Part shown: in pieces, positions 28,301-36,068 of the stretch
Layout: each line of letters begins with the position of its first letter
How positions within the stretch are numbered: position 1 is the first letter of the stretch
Assembly (NCBI RefSeq): GCF_007741555.1
Contig: NZ_CP036526.1
Location: forward strand, 6,559,719 to 6,623,718
Reading direction: 5' to 3'
Length of the DNA stretch: 64,000 bases
Source: Stieleria marina
GTDB taxonomy: Bacteria; Planctomycetota; Planctomycetia; Pirellulales; Pirellulaceae
Position numbers and translations under genes: made by a program
Notes under the pieces: generated by a model
Seen by the model: only the letters and a program-made list of their open reading frames with translations
Told to the model about the DNA's origin: nothing
The model's database searches: none

Positions 28301-30721
28301 GTCATCCAAATCGCCCAACTGGTCAATGATGTCACGAACTTTTTCCACCATCAAATCGCCAGCGAAGTACGCGGCGATCTCGTCGGTCGATTCCATTTTC
28401 CCGACTCGTGAATTGATCCCTTTCAGGATTCGATCAGCGGCGGCGGAAAGCGACTCTGCTCGACGATTCCGTTTTTCGATCAGCTGGACTTTTCGCGATT
28501 CAAACGCTGCGTAAACGTCTTCACGTCGCGTCGTCAACTGCATTACAAAATCGTCAAACTCGGCGAAGCGGCCTTCCAGCTCCTCCAGTTGCACCATGAC
28601 CTTGGTCAGGTACTCGTCACATTTTTCGGGCGCGTCACAAACGTCCAAGTAGCCCGAAGTGGTTTGCTCCAACAGTTTCATCTGCGACGCAAATTCAGCG
28701 CGTCCCTCAGTGCTGGCTAGTTCACCGACACGAGCCTTCAGTGAGCTGCGAACTCGGTTTAGCGAAGCAAAAACGTCGCCGATATTGTCGATAATTTCCG
28801 TGCGTTTGGTGGTGTCTTCGATTCGCAGATTGCTGACAGTTTCGGTCAGCAGTTCCAATTGCGAAGCAGCCGTATCGACTTCTTCGCTCAACGCATTGGC
28901 TTCGCTGACGGTCGAAACTTCGACGACTTTTTCACCAGCAGTCGCGACGCGTTCTTGATAAGGATCCAGCGCGCCGGGAGTCAGCAAGAAATCGACACAA
29001 CGCCGACTAACGCGTTCCGCTCGTTCGGCGGTTTGTGTTTCCAGGTCGTCGATGATTGTCTCATCGACATAGCGAAGCTCCTTCAGGCCAAGTGCGTGTC
29101 CGCGTTGTTCACGCAGTTTGGCAAGTGTGTCGACAAAATCGTCGATCGACTCAAAACGACTGCGTTCAATTTCCTTGATCAAGCTTTCGACGGCACTCTG
29201 GACATCTTTGGTCCTTGCGGCCGTATCACGTCGTACGCGAACCACTTTGTCGAACTCTTCGACAGCAGCGTTGGCAGCTTCGCGAATCTTGCGGATCGGT
29301 TCCGCAAGCTTTTGCGTTTCCTCTTTGTCGATCCAAAAATAGCTATCCAGCACGTCCGACGACTTTTTTCCTAGGTCGACATACAGACCGTCGTAGCTGT
29401 CATCTTTGTCAATCAAACTCAGCATTTCGTTGCATTCGGCCATGCCGCGTACAATTTCTTTGTTGCCAATTTTGAACAACAAAGAATCGGTTTGATTGTC
29501 GGGAACGTAATTGGGCCCAGTGAAGGGCGTTTGCCAAACTTGGATTGGGTGGTGTTTTTGCGCTTCGTCGTGAGTCGAGAAACAGACCATCTCGCCTTTC
29601 TCGAAAAACGTTTGGCCGTGGCAGACCAATGGCGTCTCGACGGTTTGCGAAATCAGGTTGTAGCGAAGCTGGATGTAGGTGCCTGTCGCTGGATTATAAA
29701 ACAGATACAGGTAGTCTTCGCCATTGGAAGCAGCGACGGTGCGTTGATACCGCATGTCGGCTTGGCCGTGATCGAAGCGTTTGAATTCACCCGTTTGCAG
29801 ATAGTAGCCGCCGGGAAAAATGATCCCGTGATCACCAGGCAGCATCACGGCAGCGTGCTCGATTTCATCCAACCGCATCGCTTGTTGGATTTTGTCGTTG
29901 TAAACCAGATAACGCGTGACGTCTTCCTGGTACGGCTTCATTTTCAGCAGTACCAAGTTGCCGATGATCGCGTAGTGAATCTCGGCGTCATCTAGCGTTT
30001 GATCCGGATTATCAACGGGTTCTGCGTAGATGCCTTCGCCGGATTCGGTATTGTTTTCGACTTTGATCGTCAGGTCACCGCCGACGGTTTCGACAAAGAC
30101 CTTGTCATCGATTGAAATGTGAGGGTGAGCACCGTAATGATGCTGATCGCGAGTTGTGCGAGTCCAACGGAATTCGTGTTGAGCCGGTTCGCGAACTTCA
30201 TGTTCGGATCGATTGTCGAGGTATTCGATCGAAGTCGGCGTGACCCGCCATTTAAACGACTTGATGTCGCGAGCGGTTTTGCCGACTTGGAAGACCATAT
30301 GAAGCATTGGCCCCACACGGAAAAAGCGTGCGAAAGTCGTGCCTTTGTAGAATTTGTACAGTTCGTGAAAGTCCGACTCGAACTTCTTGTCTCCGATGAC
30401 CTCCAACGATGATTCGTGGAACTGGTTGTCAGCGAATTTGTAAACGCTGAAGACATCCGCCAGTTCGATTTCGGTTTTCAACCCAAACTGAACGTTGTAG
30501 CCGAATAGAAACTCGTCGCCGATGGAGACCAAGTCTCTGGGGATACAGTTGTGCTGAGTCGTGACACGCTCGGTCGAAATCAAGTGCGTGTCGATGTTGC
30601 CGAAGACTTCGGCGCGTTCTTCATTCAGCTTGGCCAGACGGGTACGCAATTCGCCCGCCGCATCACGCAAGCGATTGCGGAGTACTTCGTATGTGCCGGC
30701 TGCGAGTTGAGTGTCGGACAT
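25388..30721 (-). CDS. Giant (1777 aa) AAA+ ATPase of the AAA_5 (MoxR/dynein/McrB-like) type, with a ~420-aa N-terminal globular region and a long alpha-helical/coiled-coil middle region
   Basis: ATG at 30721. Walker A LLLISPPGYGKTTLMEY, Walker B VMLYLDDIQH and a sensor-1-like VVMAGNPY lie around residues 1270-1430. Residues ~430-1200 are strongly helical and E/R/D-rich. It is co-directional with the upstream flotillin and NfeD-like genes. Confidence 0.7.
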   Translation of the reverse strand: MSDTQLAAGTYEVLRNRLRDAAGELRTRLAKLNEERAEVFGNIDTHLISTERVTTQHNCIPRDLVSIGDEFLFGYNVQFGLKTEIELADVFSVYKFADNQFHESSLEVIGDKKFESDFHELYKFYKGTTFARFFRVGPMLHMVFQVGKTARDIKSFKWRVTPTSIEYLDNRSEHEVREPAQHEFRWTRTTRDQHHYGAHPHISIDDKVFVETVGGDLTIKVENNTESGEGIYAEPVDNPDQTLDDAEIHYAIIGNLVLLKMKPYQEDVTRYLVYNDKIQQAMRLDEIEHAAVMLPGDHGIIFPGGYYLQTGEFKRFDHGQADMRYQRTVAASNGEDYLYLFYNPATGTYIQLRYNLISQTVETPLVCHGQTFFEKGEMVCFSTHDEAQKHHPIQVWQTPFTGPNYVPDNQTDSLLFKIGNKEIVRGMAECNEMLSLIDKDDSYDGLYVDLGKKSSDVLDSYFWIDKEETQKLAEPIRKIREAANAAVEEFDKVVRVRRDTAARTKDVQSAVESLIKEIERSRFESIDDFVDTLAKLREQRGHALGLKELRYVDETIIDDLETQTAERAERVSRRCVDFLLTPGALDPYQERVATAGEKVVEVSTVSEANALSEEVDTAASQLELLTETVSNLRIEDTTKRTEIIDNIGDVFASLNRVRSSLKARVGELASTEGRAEFASQMKLLEQTTSGYLDVCDAPEKCDEYLTKVMVQLEELEGRFAEFDDFVMQLTTRREDVYAAFESRKVQLIEKRNRRAESLSAAADRILKGINSRVGKMESTDEIAAYFAGDLMVEKVRDIIDQLGDLDDAVRVGDLQSRLKTVREDATRQLKDRQDLYEDGGDVIRLGKHRFSVNTQPLDLTTVLRGGEMCMHLTGTQFFEPLVDEALTSSKDLWNQELISENKNVYRAEYLAVDLFEQIKAGEIAFPEATTSSWVQTQISGRFDEGYSKGVHDHDTAAILGSLLQFDSSIDLLRHAPSVRAAANLWFTKLLDAKSRKAMTDWIGGFAKLAKAYPNAQPAIEFRTRLIDLADAQSDQWQPLFDTRQTRALATGTSPSLSESQESLGSGSGSQGANEVSAHRIADYLFDQLTHAPKKTVASGRAAALFEEFAESIPADERQKLLTAALKTSESDPVRAFILARNWAVAFIDTHDQSDEADPAVNYVDELAWVILSGGNESFRTTDATVAEKLSDIAGSHDRIVKGTLGVHYHEMLRRVRSYRGDVVPRFRRLQETKTRIVDTARDDMRLEEFKPRVLTSFVRNQLLDEVYLPMIGDNLAKQMGSAGEDKRTDRMGLLLLISPPGYGKTTLMEYIANRLGVVFMKINGPAIGHGVTSLDPAEAPNAAAREEIERLNLALEMGDNVMLYLDDIQHTNPELLQKFISLCDATRKIEGVRNGKTRTYDLRGRRVAVVMAGNPYTESGERFQIPDMLSNRADVYNLGEIIGDSADAFEMSYLENCLTSNGTLAPLGTAPPEDARAIIRAAQRDSIEGIELQSNISMDEVREMYEVMRKLLRIRDVVLRVNRAYIRSAAQADAYRTEPPFKLQGSYRNMNRMAEKVASVMNEQELQSLIVSAYEQDAQTLTTDNEANVLKFKELMGILSVEEKERWDSIKYSFVESVRMQGMDSEDQAGQLMRQLASMRDGLESIRQVISKAIAMQNDGAEERMDARIDSIRQTLSVSGNQLAETLGATSKQLEAISNHQATPPDQKVFVQHKVPRVLADLIKGQFHLMQEWLRPILAESIDNGRDLSKLGEQLDNMLSTYNQIEDEFNSAGDEKA

Positions 30722-30783
30722 GGTGTTCGTGTATTCTCGTTCTTGCGCTCGACGCGGAGATGATGCTGAATCTGTCGTTGCTT

Positions 30784-30916
30784 GCGACTCTCCCTTGGGG
30801 AGAGCAAATCCTTAGCGAGGAGAGGTCGAAACGGTGATGCTATCCCTACCGATGCCGTATCACTGATTACGTTCTCCGCCCGCTACTACATCCGGCTCTC
30901 CCGATGGGAGAGTCGC
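30784..30916 (-). other. Pair of near-identical hairpins (CTCTCCC-N3-GGGAGAG) with extended complementary flanks, in the flotillin-ATPase intergenic region
   Basis: gcgactctcccTTGgggagag at 30784-30804 and ggctctcccGATgggagagtcgc at 30894-30916. The 5' arm of the first (gcgactctccc) is complementary to the 3' arm of the second (gggagagtcgc). Confidence 0.4.
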
Positions 30917-30950
30917 TTGCCAATCGTGCAATCACGATTTGGATCGGTCA

Positions 30951-33050
30951 CTAGGCTTTGCCGTTGGTCGGCTTGGCCTGAGCGGCTAATAGTCGACCGG
31001 CTTTTTGGTCGGCGACGTTGGCGGTGCCGGCCATACCCAAAAGGCTGGTCAGCGATGACCGAACGTCTTCGGTTTTGGCCATGCCCATCATTTTAGCGAT
31101 CAAAGCCGCAATCGAGAGATCTTTGACGCCGTCGGTGTCCAAATCGAATTGGCTCATCATCGACGTGATCTGGTCTCGAAAGTAATCAGCATTTCCATCG
31201 AAGAACGTGTCTTTGATGTCGGTAGCTACGCGGCTGTTGTAAACGAATCGGTCGATCGCTTTGCCACCTTTGACTGCCGAAGTGATCTGGTCGAAGAACT
31301 CGCCGTCGCCACCGACAATGTCGATGCGAGCTGCTTTGAGTGCTTCGCCCACCACACCGGCTTGGCTTTCCGCAATGCCACGTTGTGCATCGATCGCTGC
31401 AATTTCGACATCCTTTTCTTTGTTCAGCGACAGCTTGAACTCTTCGTGCTCTTTACCGACGGTGTCCAAGATTTTCATAGCTTCGGCTTTCTCGGTGATA
31501 CCTTGAGCCTCGCTGCGGAACTTCTCTAGTTCCACGTTGGCTTCGGCAAGACCTTGCTTTTCGATCGCTTCGGCTTTGGCGGAAATGCCTTTCGCTTCGG
31601 CGACCGCTTTGCTTTGTAAGACGGTCGCTTCGGCGACACCCTCTTTTTCCAAGCTAACCGCACGAGCTTCTTGGACCTGAACGTCAGCCAAACCAGGAGC
31701 AGCTTTGGTAGCCGCGTCGGCTTCTGCCAACATTTTCAAACCAGACGCTTCCTTTTCGGCCGCATCGCGTTTTGCTTCCGCATCGACACGGATTTTGTCA
31801 GCCAAGTACGATGCCGCTTCTTTTTCGGCTTGAGCTTGTTGAGTCTGACGAATCAGTTCTTCCTGAGCCTTCATTTCTGCAGCGGTCACTTGGACCTTCT
31901 TCAGACGGTCAGCTGCGGCGAACTCTTCGGTATCTTTGATTCGCTCTTGCTCTTCGACCACAGCTCGCTCGACGGCGACCCGTTCGCGAATCACTTCTTG
32001 AATGTTCCGTTTTTCGACTTCGATGGCCTTTTCTTTTTCGACGTCGGCAACACCGACCACGCGGAGGCGTTCGGTTGCTTCTAAATCGCGGTCACGATTG
32101 ACTCGCTCTAGTTCGACCGCGTCAGTCTTCTCTTTGCTACGCTGGGCCACCAAGACTTGACGTTGTTTATTTTCTTCGGCGACGCCCAGCTCTTCTTCGG
32201 TGGTGATTCGAGCTCGCTCGGATTCTAGACGCTGCTCTTCTTCGACCTTTTTGGATGAAGCTCGTTCGCGGGCAGTGATCTCGGCGATTTCGCGAGTTTG
32301 CTTCTCGACGGCTTCGACACGCTGACGTTCCAGAGCCAAGATTGTCTCTTCTGCTTCGACGTCTTGCTTCTTTAGCGTCTTTTCTTTGTCGCGTGTAAAC
32401 TGGTTCTCTTTGACTTTTTCGTTGGACGTCAGCTCGGTGATCTTCTTGATACCTTCGGCGTCCAAGATATTCGTGGGCGAGAGCATCTCGAGCGGTGTTT
32501 GCTCCAGGTAGTCAATCGCGGCGTCATCTAGCTGGTAGCCGTTCAGGTCGGTACCGATGACTTTCAAGATCTCTTCTTTGAACTTGTCACGCTGATCATA
32601 CAAGTCGACAAAATCGAATTGCTTGCCGACTGTTTTCAAGGCTTCCGAAAACTTGGCGTCGAACAACTCACGTAGTGTTTCTAGTTCGGAGCATCGCTTT
32701 GCACCGATCGACTGAGCCACTTCCTTCATCTGCTCTTCGCTGCTGTCGACGCGGATAAAAAAGGCGACCTTGATGTCGGCACGGATGTTGTCACGACAGA
32801 TCAAACCTTCGCTGCCTTGACGACTGATCTCGAAGCTTTTCAGCGTCAAGTCCATGTATTCGACTCGGTTGATCACGGGATAGATCAACATGCCGCCTGC
32901 AGTGGTGACGTCCATGGCGCCCCAGCCCGTCTTGACGATGGCTTTGTCGGGACCGACGACCAGGTAACAGCTTTTGACGACCGATACAACAATCACGACT
33001 AGCACGAGGGCCAGGATGATGATGGCTGCAAAAATGGTAATGGGATCCAC
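30951..33050 (-). CDS. Flotillin-like SPFH/band-7 protein (YqiK type) with a long Glu/Ala-rich coiled-coil flotillin domain
   Basis: N-terminal TM helix (ITIFAAIIILALVLVVIVVSVV). The SPFH core (AIVKTGWGAMDVTTAGGMLIYPVINRVEYMDLTLKSFEI...) is followed by ~350 aa of EA-rich repeats. GTG start 2 nt after the stop of the upstream NfeD-like gene. Confidence 0.85.
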   Translation of the reverse strand: MDPITIFAAIIILALVLVVIVVSVVKSCYLVVGPDKAIVKTGWGAMDVTTAGGMLIYPVINRVEYMDLTLKSFEISRQGSEGLICRDNIRADIKVAFFIRVDSSEEQMKEVAQSIGAKRCSELETLRELFDAKFSEALKTVGKQFDFVDLYDQRDKFKEEILKVIGTDLNGYQLDDAAIDYLEQTPLEMLSPTNILDAEGIKKITELTSNEKVKENQFTRDKEKTLKKQDVEAEETILALERQRVEAVEKQTREIAEITARERASSKKVEEEQRLESERARITTEEELGVAEENKQRQVLVAQRSKEKTDAVELERVNRDRDLEATERLRVVGVADVEKEKAIEVEKRNIQEVIRERVAVERAVVEEQERIKDTEEFAAADRLKKVQVTAAEMKAQEELIRQTQQAQAEKEAASYLADKIRVDAEAKRDAAEKEASGLKMLAEADAATKAAPGLADVQVQEARAVSLEKEGVAEATVLQSKAVAEAKGISAKAEAIEKQGLAEANVELEKFRSEAQGITEKAEAMKILDTVGKEHEEFKLSLNKEKDVEIAAIDAQRGIAESQAGVVGEALKAARIDIVGGDGEFFDQITSAVKGGKAIDRFVYNSRVATDIKDTFFDGNADYFRDQITSMMSQFDLDTDGVKDLSIAALIAKMMGMAKTEDVRSSLTSLLGMAGTANVADQKAGRLLAAQAKPTNGKA

Positions 33051-33052
33051 GG

Positions 33053-33769
33053 TTAGCTCTCCGAGTTGATTTTGGTGACGGTGTAGATGCGTTTACTGCG
33101 ATTGAAATCGATGATTCGGACTTCCGTTCCGCGTGGAAACGTCGAACCGTCAGTGCGTACGTTCAGCAGCAGAGGGGCTGCATTTGTACGAAACTTAGCT
33201 TGCCCATAAGAAGGGTTGGCTTCGATCGACGATATTTCACAAGTTGAACCCAGCATTCGGCTGGAATCGTAGCCGGGTTCTTTGTCGAATTTGCCGACCA
33301 GAGGCTGCGTAACTGGTTTAGTGATCAAGACCGCTATAACCGCGTTGCGAATGGTCAACAGAATCGACGGGATCAACGTGGCCGAATAACGATGCACATC
33401 GAAACCGTGCCACAGCGAATAGGAGATTCCCCAAAGAGCCAACGTGAAGACGCCGCCCCAGATCGCGATGGGAATACGGCCAAAGTTGGACCACCGAACC
33501 GTCATCGCGCCCAAGCTGCCGAACAGCCCAGGGTGATTCAAGTCGGCTCCCTCCACGCCTCCGCCGCCCATGTCCACATCAACGACGTCCAAATCTGGCA
33601 CATCAAGGTCCACATTCATGTCGACATCCACATCCAGTCCGGCATCAAAATCACCGACACCCAGCGCTGCGACGCCAGAGTAAATGATCATCAGCGCCAG
33701 CATGATGGATGCTGGCCAAATGGGACCGACAAGAAAGTTATCGCTGAATTGGGTGACGATTTCGGACAC
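33053..33769 (-). CDS. YqiJ/NfeD-like membrane protein (flotillin-associated)
   Basis: The N-terminal half has multiple TM helices with an acidic, D-rich loop (DVDVDMNVDLDVPDLDVVDVDMGGGG). The C-terminal ~80 aa form an OB-fold-like tail (...VRTDGSTFPRGTEVRIIDFNRSKRIYTVTKI). Its position immediately upstream of the flotillin gene matches the yqiJ-yqiK/nfeD-floT arrangement. GTG start. Confidence 0.6.
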   Translation of the reverse strand: MSEIVTQFSDNFLVGPIWPASIMLALMIIYSGVAALGVGDFDAGLDVDVDMNVDLDVPDLDVVDVDMGGGGVEGADLNHPGLFGSLGAMTVRWSNFGRIPIAIWGGVFTLALWGISYSLWHGFDVHRYSATLIPSILLTIRNAVIAVLITKPVTQPLVGKFDKEPGYDSSRMLGSTCEISSIEANPSYGQAKFRTNAAPLLLNVRTDGSTFPRGTEVRIIDFNRSKRIYTVTKINSES

Positions 33770-34084
33770 TGCAAAAGACCTAGCCAGGATGGATGGGAGT
33801 AAGCTCCGATTAGCTTAATGGTTAGGGCAGCAGCAGCTGGAAATCAGGGCGCGAAATCCTGGCTTTTGGTCGACAGTTGTTCCGTCAGTCAGCGAAAACC
33901 CCGGATAAAAGACGGCATGCAGATGCGACGATGGCCCGTGGATTGGCAGGGCGAATGACTTTCTGAGGAGAGAAGGTTTGTTTCTAGCGGAATGCCGCAA
34001 GCCCGCCGGTCTTTGACGTACCGGACGGCTCGCGCCGTTCCGCTATCAGTTGCCCCATTTTCAGAAAGTGACTTGCGCTGGAGC

Positions 34085-34114
34085 CATGGGACAGCGTCTA
34101 GACATGGGACAGCG
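34085..34114. promoter_or_regulatory. Direct repeat CATGGGACAGCG x2 separated by TCTAGA, upstream of the nfeD-flotillin-ATPase operon
   Basis: catgggacagcg tctaga catgggacagcg, read directly, ~320-350 nt upstream of the NfeD-like start (33769) and just downstream of the S2P protease stop. Confidence 0.25.
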
Positions 34115-34140
34115 GCTCGCTCGCCCAATTGCTAACTTGA

Positions 34141-35352
34141 TTAGCCTAATGCGGCTCGTATACGGAGCGAATCGAGATCCAGCAGCCCGACCAGTTGCCC
34201 ACTAGCGTCAACGACCGCTAACTGACGCTCATTGCGGGCAAGCGTGGGCAAGACGTCTTCCAAACTGTCGTGCTGACGCACAATCGTCGCATCATGATCT
34301 GCCATTTGACCTGCGGTCGTCGCTGGATCAACACCGTTCTGAATCGATGAACTAACGGTCGACAGCCTTAGTATTCCGACCACTGTGCCAGCGAGTGAAA
34401 CCACAGGCATCGCGGCAACCGAAGACGATTGCCAGGTCTGCGAAATGGTCGCCAACGGTGTGTCCATCGAAACCGAAGGCGGGTTTTGAATCATCACATC
34501 ACGAGCGACCAGACCTCGGACCGCCTCGGTAACTTCGACCTGCTTGGCTTCGGACATCCCAGCGTATGCGATGAACATGGCGATCAAAACGGGAACGGGA
34601 CTTTGTTGGTCACCAGCAAACCACATCACCGCCATGATGGCTGCACAAACCAGTCCGATGCGCGACGCGATGTAAGTTGCTTTTGCGTAGCTCATCATCA
34701 TGGCCAAGACACTTCGCAAGACACGGCCACCATCCATGGGAAACGCCGGAATCATATTAAAGATGACCAACGCCACGTTGATCAACGCAAGCGTGTAGAC
34801 GTAGCTAAGAATGCCGATGGGCCCAAACAAACTTGCGTCTTCCATTTCGGCTGCCGCTTCGGCCATCGCCGGCGTCGTGACGGCTTCGCTTTCGGCCACC
34901 ACCGATTCGGAGCCGACCATCGCAGCCCCCGTATCGACCATCAAGCCTGCGAACATTTCGCTGCCAAGCATCGTCAACAAAACCACCAGCAACACCGATG
35001 CAATCACCACATTGACGGCGGGACCGGCCACGGCGACCACTAGTTCTTTCCACGGCACACGCGGCATTCGCTCCAACCGCGCGACACCGCCGATCGGAAG
35101 CAGCGTGATGTCGACGGTTCCGATGCCGAAACGCCGGGCGGCCAACGAGTGGCCGTATTCGTGAAGCGTGACACAAAGAAAAACGCTCAGCACGATCACA
35201 ATACTGAAAGCGACCTCGGCTAAGCCGCCCTCCCAGCTTTGGAACGCCACAAACGCCAACAGCAGGCCAAACGTCCAGTGAACGTACAGCCCGATGCCGA
35301 AATATTTGCCGAGGCTGAGCCGTTGTTTTAACACGATTGTCTCACAGGTCAC
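34141..35352 (-). CDS. Site-2 protease family (M50) zinc metalloprotease with C-terminal tandem CBS domains
   Basis: HEYGHSLAARRFG (HExxH in a TM helix), multiple TM helices, a second metal ligand region (...FNMIPAFPMDGGRVL) and a C-terminal CBS pair (VMIQNPPSVSMDTPLA..., LAVVDASGQLVGLLDLDSL). GTG start. Confidence 0.75.
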   Translation of the reverse strand: MTCETIVLKQRLSLGKYFGIGLYVHWTFGLLLAFVAFQSWEGGLAEVAFSIVIVLSVFLCVTLHEYGHSLAARRFGIGTVDITLLPIGGVARLERMPRVPWKELVVAVAGPAVNVVIASVLLVVLLTMLGSEMFAGLMVDTGAAMVGSESVVAESEAVTTPAMAEAAAEMEDASLFGPIGILSYVYTLALINVALVIFNMIPAFPMDGGRVLRSVLAMMMSYAKATYIASRIGLVCAAIMAVMWFAGDQQSPVPVLIAMFIAYAGMSEAKQVEVTEAVRGLVARDVMIQNPPSVSMDTPLATISQTWQSSSVAAMPVVSLAGTVVGILRLSTVSSSIQNGVDPATTAGQMADHDATIVRQHDSLEDVLPTLARNERQLAVVDASGQLVGLLDLDSLRIRAALG

Positions 35353-35488
35353 GCGAAGTCAGCGGCATGTTTCCGCAGGTGGTTGCCGACGACTGCATCG
35401 TACCGCAAACTTAAGTTTTGCACCGCTCCCCCCATTTTTGCGCAAAGGGGCTGAGCGAATCCGAATTTCACCGCTTGGAATTGCCCGA

Positions 35489-35935
35489 ATGCTTCGCCAC
35501 AAACTGATCCATCCCCAAATTTCATCGATCCTCGCTTCCGCTGGACACCACAGTGCCATCCTGATCGCCGACGGCAACTACCCAGCCGCCAGCAAACGTG
35601 GGCCGCGAGCCGAATTGATCAGTTTGAATTTGATGCCGGGCGTGCCGACGTGTAACCAAGTGCTCGAAGCAATTTTGTCGGCCTGTCCCATCGAAGAAAT
35701 CCAAACCATGGAAACCGAAACCGAGGGGCCCTATGCATTGGACGGTGATCCGCCGGTTTGGGACGACTACCGCAAAACGATTCAATCCGAAGGACTGGAC
35801 TTGGAACTCAAGCCAGTCGATAAGTGGAAATTCTACGAAGCGGTCAGCACGAATGACCACGTGCTCACCATCCAGACCGCCGACCAACAACGCTACGCAA
35901 ATATTTTGCTGCACGTCGGCGTCCGAATGGATTAG
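35489..35935 (+). CDS. RbsD/FucU family sugar mutarotase/pyranase-like protein
   Basis: HPQISSILASAGHHSAILIADGNYPA matches the RbsD_FucU signature (H...H..ADGNYP). 148 aa from the ATG at 35489. The upstream part of ORF 35294 overlaps the S2P gene and is rejected. Confidence 0.65.
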   Translation: MLRHKLIHPQISSILASAGHHSAILIADGNYPAASKRGPRAELISLNLMPGVPTCNQVLEAILSACPIEEIQTMETETEGPYALDGDPPVWDDYRKTIQSEGLDLELKPVDKWKFYEAVSTNDHVLTIQTADQQRYANILLHVGVRMD

Positions 35936-35940
35936 AAATC

Positions 35941-36005
35941 TCGTCGGGCCCTGACAACTCGCCGGGCCCTGACAAATCATCGGGCCCTGACAACTCGCCG
36001 AGCCC
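35941..36005. repeat. Tandem direct repeat, ~18-nt unit x ~3.5 (TCGYCGGGCCCTGACAAC), in the gap between two convergent genes
   Basis: tcgtcgggccctgacaac / tcgccgggccctgacaaa / tcatcgggccctgacaac / tcgccgagccc, read directly. It lies between the stop of the RbsD-like gene (35935) and the stop of the PQQ-propeller gene (36069). Confidence 0.6.
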
Positions 36006-36068
36006 AACCAGACGAGCCCGACTAGATGCGATGAATCAAGATCGCCCGGGCCTCGCGGGACTGCTTGC

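Noticed and set aside
33392-33802. Plus-strand ORF (His/Asp-rich) inside the NfeD-like gene
   Set aside because: It is the mirror-frame translation of the acidic D-rich loop of the NfeD-like protein on the other strand.
35522-36007. Minus-strand ORF encoding a QGP-rich repeat peptide across the 18-nt tandem repeat
   Set aside because: It is antisense to the RbsD/FucU-like gene for most of its length, and the repetitive peptide is a direct consequence of the DNA tandem repeat.
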